DNA from: an uncultured Candidatus Saccharibacteria bacterium
GTDB taxonomy: Bacteria; Patescibacteriota; Minisyncoccia; Minisyncoccales; RBG-13-42-11
DNA length: 25,983 nucleotides
Reading direction: 5' to 3'
Assembly (NCBI GenBank): GCA_964501545.1
Contig: CAZCSH010000003.1
Location: forward strand, 1-25,983
The notes beneath the pieces were generated by a model. It was not told the origin of the DNA, searched no databases, and saw nothing but the letters and a program-made list of their open reading frames with translations. A program made the translations under genes and the position numbers. Numbering within the stretch: the stretch's first letter is position 1; every line of letters begins with the position of its first letter. This document shows positions 23,721 to 25,983 of the stretch, in pieces.

Positions 23721-25659
23721 CAGTTTTTAACCTATCAACAGACTCGGATAACATTTGACAGAACAAGTTTAATCCTATTCTGTTGATGTTGCCTGACTGC
23801 TCTTTCCCCAGAATGTTGCCAGCCCCTCTGATTTCCAAATCCCTTAAGGCAATTTTATAGCCAGATCCCAGAGCTTCAGCCTCTTTCAAAGCATCAAGTC
23901 TCATCTTAGCTTTTTCTGAGAGGCGGTTGCCAGAGAGAAAGAAAGCCGTAGCCTGAATGTGCGACCTACCAATTCTTCCTTTGATTTGGTAAGCCTGGGA
24001 GAGGCCAAGTTTAGTAGCATCTGCCACGATCAAAGTGTTGACATTGGGCAGGTCCAAACCGTTTTCAATAATAGTGGTAGCTACTAAAATGTCAATCTTT
24101 CTCTCTTGAAAGTCTTTCATAACCTGGACCAAGTTCTTTTCTCTCAGCCTGCCATGAGCTATACCAATTCTGGCTTTGGGCACCAGTTTTTCTAGAAGCT
24201 TTTTTGCCATCTCTATTGTTTCTACTCTGTTGTGCAAATAGTAGACCTGCCCTTTTCTTTTTAATTCGGCTGTTATTGCCTTCTTGATTGTTTTCTCTGA
24301 CCAAGGAAGGATATTGGTTTTAATAGCTAACCTGCCAAAAGGGGGAGTTTGGATTGTGCTGATATTTTTTAAAGAAGATAAAGCTAAATAGAGAGTTCTG
24401 GGAATTGGGGTGGCAGAAAGGGAAAGAACGTCTAAGGAGGCTCTCAATTTCTTTAACTTTTCTTTTTGTTTAACTCCAAATCTCTGCTCATCGTCAATCA
24501 CCAGTAATCCCAAGTTTTTAAACTCAACGTCATTAGACAGTATTCGGTGGGTACCGATAACAATGTCTGTTTTGGCCTCTTTTAATTCTTGCAGAATTTC
24601 TTTTTGCTCTTTTTTTGTCTGAAGTCGGGACAAGAGAGATATTTTAATTGGCAAATCTTTTATCCTTTCTTTTAAGTTCTCAAAGTGTTGGTTAGCTAAA
24701 ATAGTAGTAGGGCAAATCATAGCTACCTGGTATCCTGACCTGACTGCTTTAACCATTGTTCTTAGAGCCACCTCTGTTTTGCCAAAACCAACATCTCCGC
24801 AAACAATCCTGTCCATGGGCTCTGTTCCTTCCAAGTCCTCTTTTATTTCTTCTGTCGTCTGTATTTGATCTGGAGTTTCCTCGTACGGGAAAGTGCTTCT
24901 TATTTTTTCATCTATTTCTTCATCTGCTAGATAAGGAGACCGGGAAGCTACTTCTCTTTTGGCGTAGAGCTCCAAAAGCTCTCTAGCTAGCTTTTCTGCT
25001 GCTTCCTTTACTTTTCTTTTTGTTCTCTGCCAGAGGCTGGAACCCAAGCGGGAGATTTTGGGATCTGTAAAACCAACATATCTTGAGAGTTTTCTTTCCA
25101 GGCCCACTGGCACAAAGAGTTTGTCGCCCTCCGCGTAATCCAGCTGGTAATAGTCTCCTCCTTGAACCTCTGTTTTTTGCTGGTAGACACCAATCCCATG
25201 GTCAAGATGAACAAGGTAGTCGCCCTCCTTTAGCTCCTTCAAATCTGAAAAGAGCTTCTGAGACTTGAGCTTTTTTTTGAGCAGCTCTTTGGCTGTTTTT
25301 TCATCTTTTATTTCAACTGGCAGCCTTTCTATAGTTTCTATTTTATTGCCCAAAAACTCAAAACGGAGAGCAGAGTTTCTATTAATTGGAAAAACATCTA
25401 CTGTTCCTCCTCTTTGGCTGAACTCGCCTGCTTCTGTCACTTGATAAACCTTTTCATAACCTAACTCATCCAACCTCCTTAAAAAGAAAGAAACTTGGAA
25501 GCTTTGGTCTTTTTCCAGATAAAGGGTATTGTCTTCAAAAAAGGACTGGGTCTTTCTGGCGGTCAGGATTTTGTTTATATTCTGTTCCATCCAAAGATTG
25601 TCTCTCTCTAAGAAATAAGGTGTAATACCGACTATTAATATTTTTTGAAGAGTATTCAT
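23704..25659 (-). CDS. mfd: Truncated transcription-repair coupling factor (UvrB-interaction + RID/CarD + SF2 translocase + TRG; no C-terminal TRCF domain)
   Basis: Motifs EFSQRGGTVDVF, EGDYLVHLDHGIG, FPYEETPDQ, CGDVGFGKTEVA, DDEQRFG, SATPIPRTL, YQIKGRIGR and DLEIRGAGNILGKEQSG. Confidence 0.9.
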   Translation of the reverse strand: MNTLQKILIVGITPYFLERDNLWMEQNINKILTARKTQSFFEDNTLYLEKDQSFQVSFFLRRLDELGYEKVYQVTEAGEFSQRGGTVDVFPINRNSALRFEFLGNKIETIERLPVEIKDEKTAKELLKKKLKSQKLFSDLKELKEGDYLVHLDHGIGVYQQKTEVQGGDYYQLDYAEGDKLFVPVGLERKLSRYVGFTDPKISRLGSSLWQRTKRKVKEAAEKLARELLELYAKREVASRSPYLADEEIDEKIRSTFPYEETPDQIQTTEEIKEDLEGTEPMDRIVCGDVGFGKTEVALRTMVKAVRSGYQVAMICPTTILANQHFENLKERIKDLPIKISLLSRLQTKKEQKEILQELKEAKTDIVIGTHRILSNDVEFKNLGLLVIDDEQRFGVKQKEKLKKLRASLDVLSLSATPIPRTLYLALSSLKNISTIQTPPFGRLAIKTNILPWSEKTIKKAITAELKRKGQVYYLHNRVETIEMAKKLLEKLVPKARIGIAHGRLREKNLVQVMKDFQERKIDILVATTIIENGLDLPNVNTLIVADATKLGLSQAYQIKGRIGRSHIQATAFFLSGNRLSEKAKMRLDALKEAEALGSGYKIALRDLEIRGAGNILGKEQSGNINRIGLNLFCQMLSESVDRLKTVRPAP

Positions 25660-25747
25660 AATGTATTTTTCTCAAACCCGGGAGTAGAAATTTGACAAGT
25701 GTTTTGCAAAACAAAACACTATCGTACCGAAGGCAGTCGAATTTTCA

Positions 25748-25849
25748 CTACCGGGCAAACCAAAAGTTCCCCTTTTCCAAAAAGTAGGGGGTGATACTGC
25801 AGATTAAGGCTCTCTCTATCCTTGACCCCGTTAGAAATTTTTGATCCAT
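25748..25849 (-). pseudogene. 33-codon ORF homologous to the Mfd N-terminus (stub or upstream peptide)
   Basis: Hand translation gives MDQKFLTGSRIERALICSITPYFLEKGNFWFAR*, which aligns with KILIVGITPYFLERDNLWM of the downstream Mfd. Below the ORF-track size cutoff. Confidence 0.7.
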
Positions 25850-25928
25850 AGGCATTACCCAATAATTAATTTTAAAGCCAATAACTTATCCTTCTAAATA
25901 CCTACGAATGTAAAATTTCTAAACGGGG
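25826..25928 (-). mobile_element. MITE-like element 3 (103 bp), 16-bp TIRs (one extra base on the right), TTGA target duplication
   Basis: Ends CCCCGTTAGAAATTTT ... AAAATTTCTAAACGGGG. TTGA at 25822-25825 and 25929-25932. Excision restores M-E-L-S-R-I-E-R from minus-strand ATG 25941. Confidence 0.87.
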
Positions 25929-25956
25929 TTGACAATTCCATCTAAAATAGTATAAT
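25929..25956 (+). promoter_or_regulatory. Consensus sigma70 promoter pointing out of the window
   Basis: TTGACA (25929-25934), 16-nt spacer, TATAAT (25951-25956). Confidence 0.7.
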
Positions 25957-25983
25957 ATATATATTAAGTTCAGTCAATTTTTT

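Noticed and set aside
597-25268. Short antisense or alternate-frame ORFs in the track (for example 597-812, 2048-2446, 8179-8517, 21263-21598, 24092-24304)
   Set aside because: They overlap well-supported genes and have no recognisable motifs. They are shadow ORFs.
25676-25693. Possible degenerate MITE end (CCCGGGAGTAGAAATTT) upstream of mfd
   Set aside because: Only TAGAAATTT matches well. There is no partner TIR or target duplication.
1-25983. UGA recoding (code 25), suggested by the rarity of TGA stops
   Set aside because: Twenty long genes are intact under code 11 with no in-frame TGA, which would not happen if UGA encoded Gly.
1-25983. CRISPR array
   Set aside because: The repeats are dispersed and of variable length. 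There is no regular repeat-spacer periodicity and no cas gene.

Overview
A 26-kb, almost fully coding bacterial window. It is most likely from a CPR/Patescibacteria (Parcubacteria-like) genome; this is inferred from the short Mfd, the DUF5654-like gene, the Asp-type MurA, tight gene overlaps and few Shine-Dalgarno motifs. It uses genetic code 11. Housekeeping genes are an M16 peptidase, an AI-2E transporter, rsmI, metG, tatD, mtnP, leuS, glmS, iorA/iorB, murA, yvcK, a GlmU-like transferase, tsaC, an MFS transporter, tRNA-Leu(CAA), topA and a truncated mfd. Five unusual layers sit on this backbone. (1) glmS is flanked by two free-standing LAGLIDADG-type ORFs. The upstream one looks like the endonuclease core of a GlmS intein without its splicing domains, and the resident glmS has Val at the position where such an intein would need Ser/Thr/Cys. 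(2) Three MITE-like elements (CCCCGTTAGAAATT ends, 4-bp target duplications) each landed 2-6 codons after a native start codon, shifted its frame and supply a replacement in-frame ATG. (3) Several families of short palindromic repeats are inserted in frame in LeuS, MetG, TatD and IorA. (4) A 33-codon stub upstream of mfd matches the Mfd N-terminus in protein but not in codons. (5) A roughly 370-nt GC-rich, hairpin-dense intergenic unit has its own promoter and terminator. No database searches were run; all family calls come from motif recognition.
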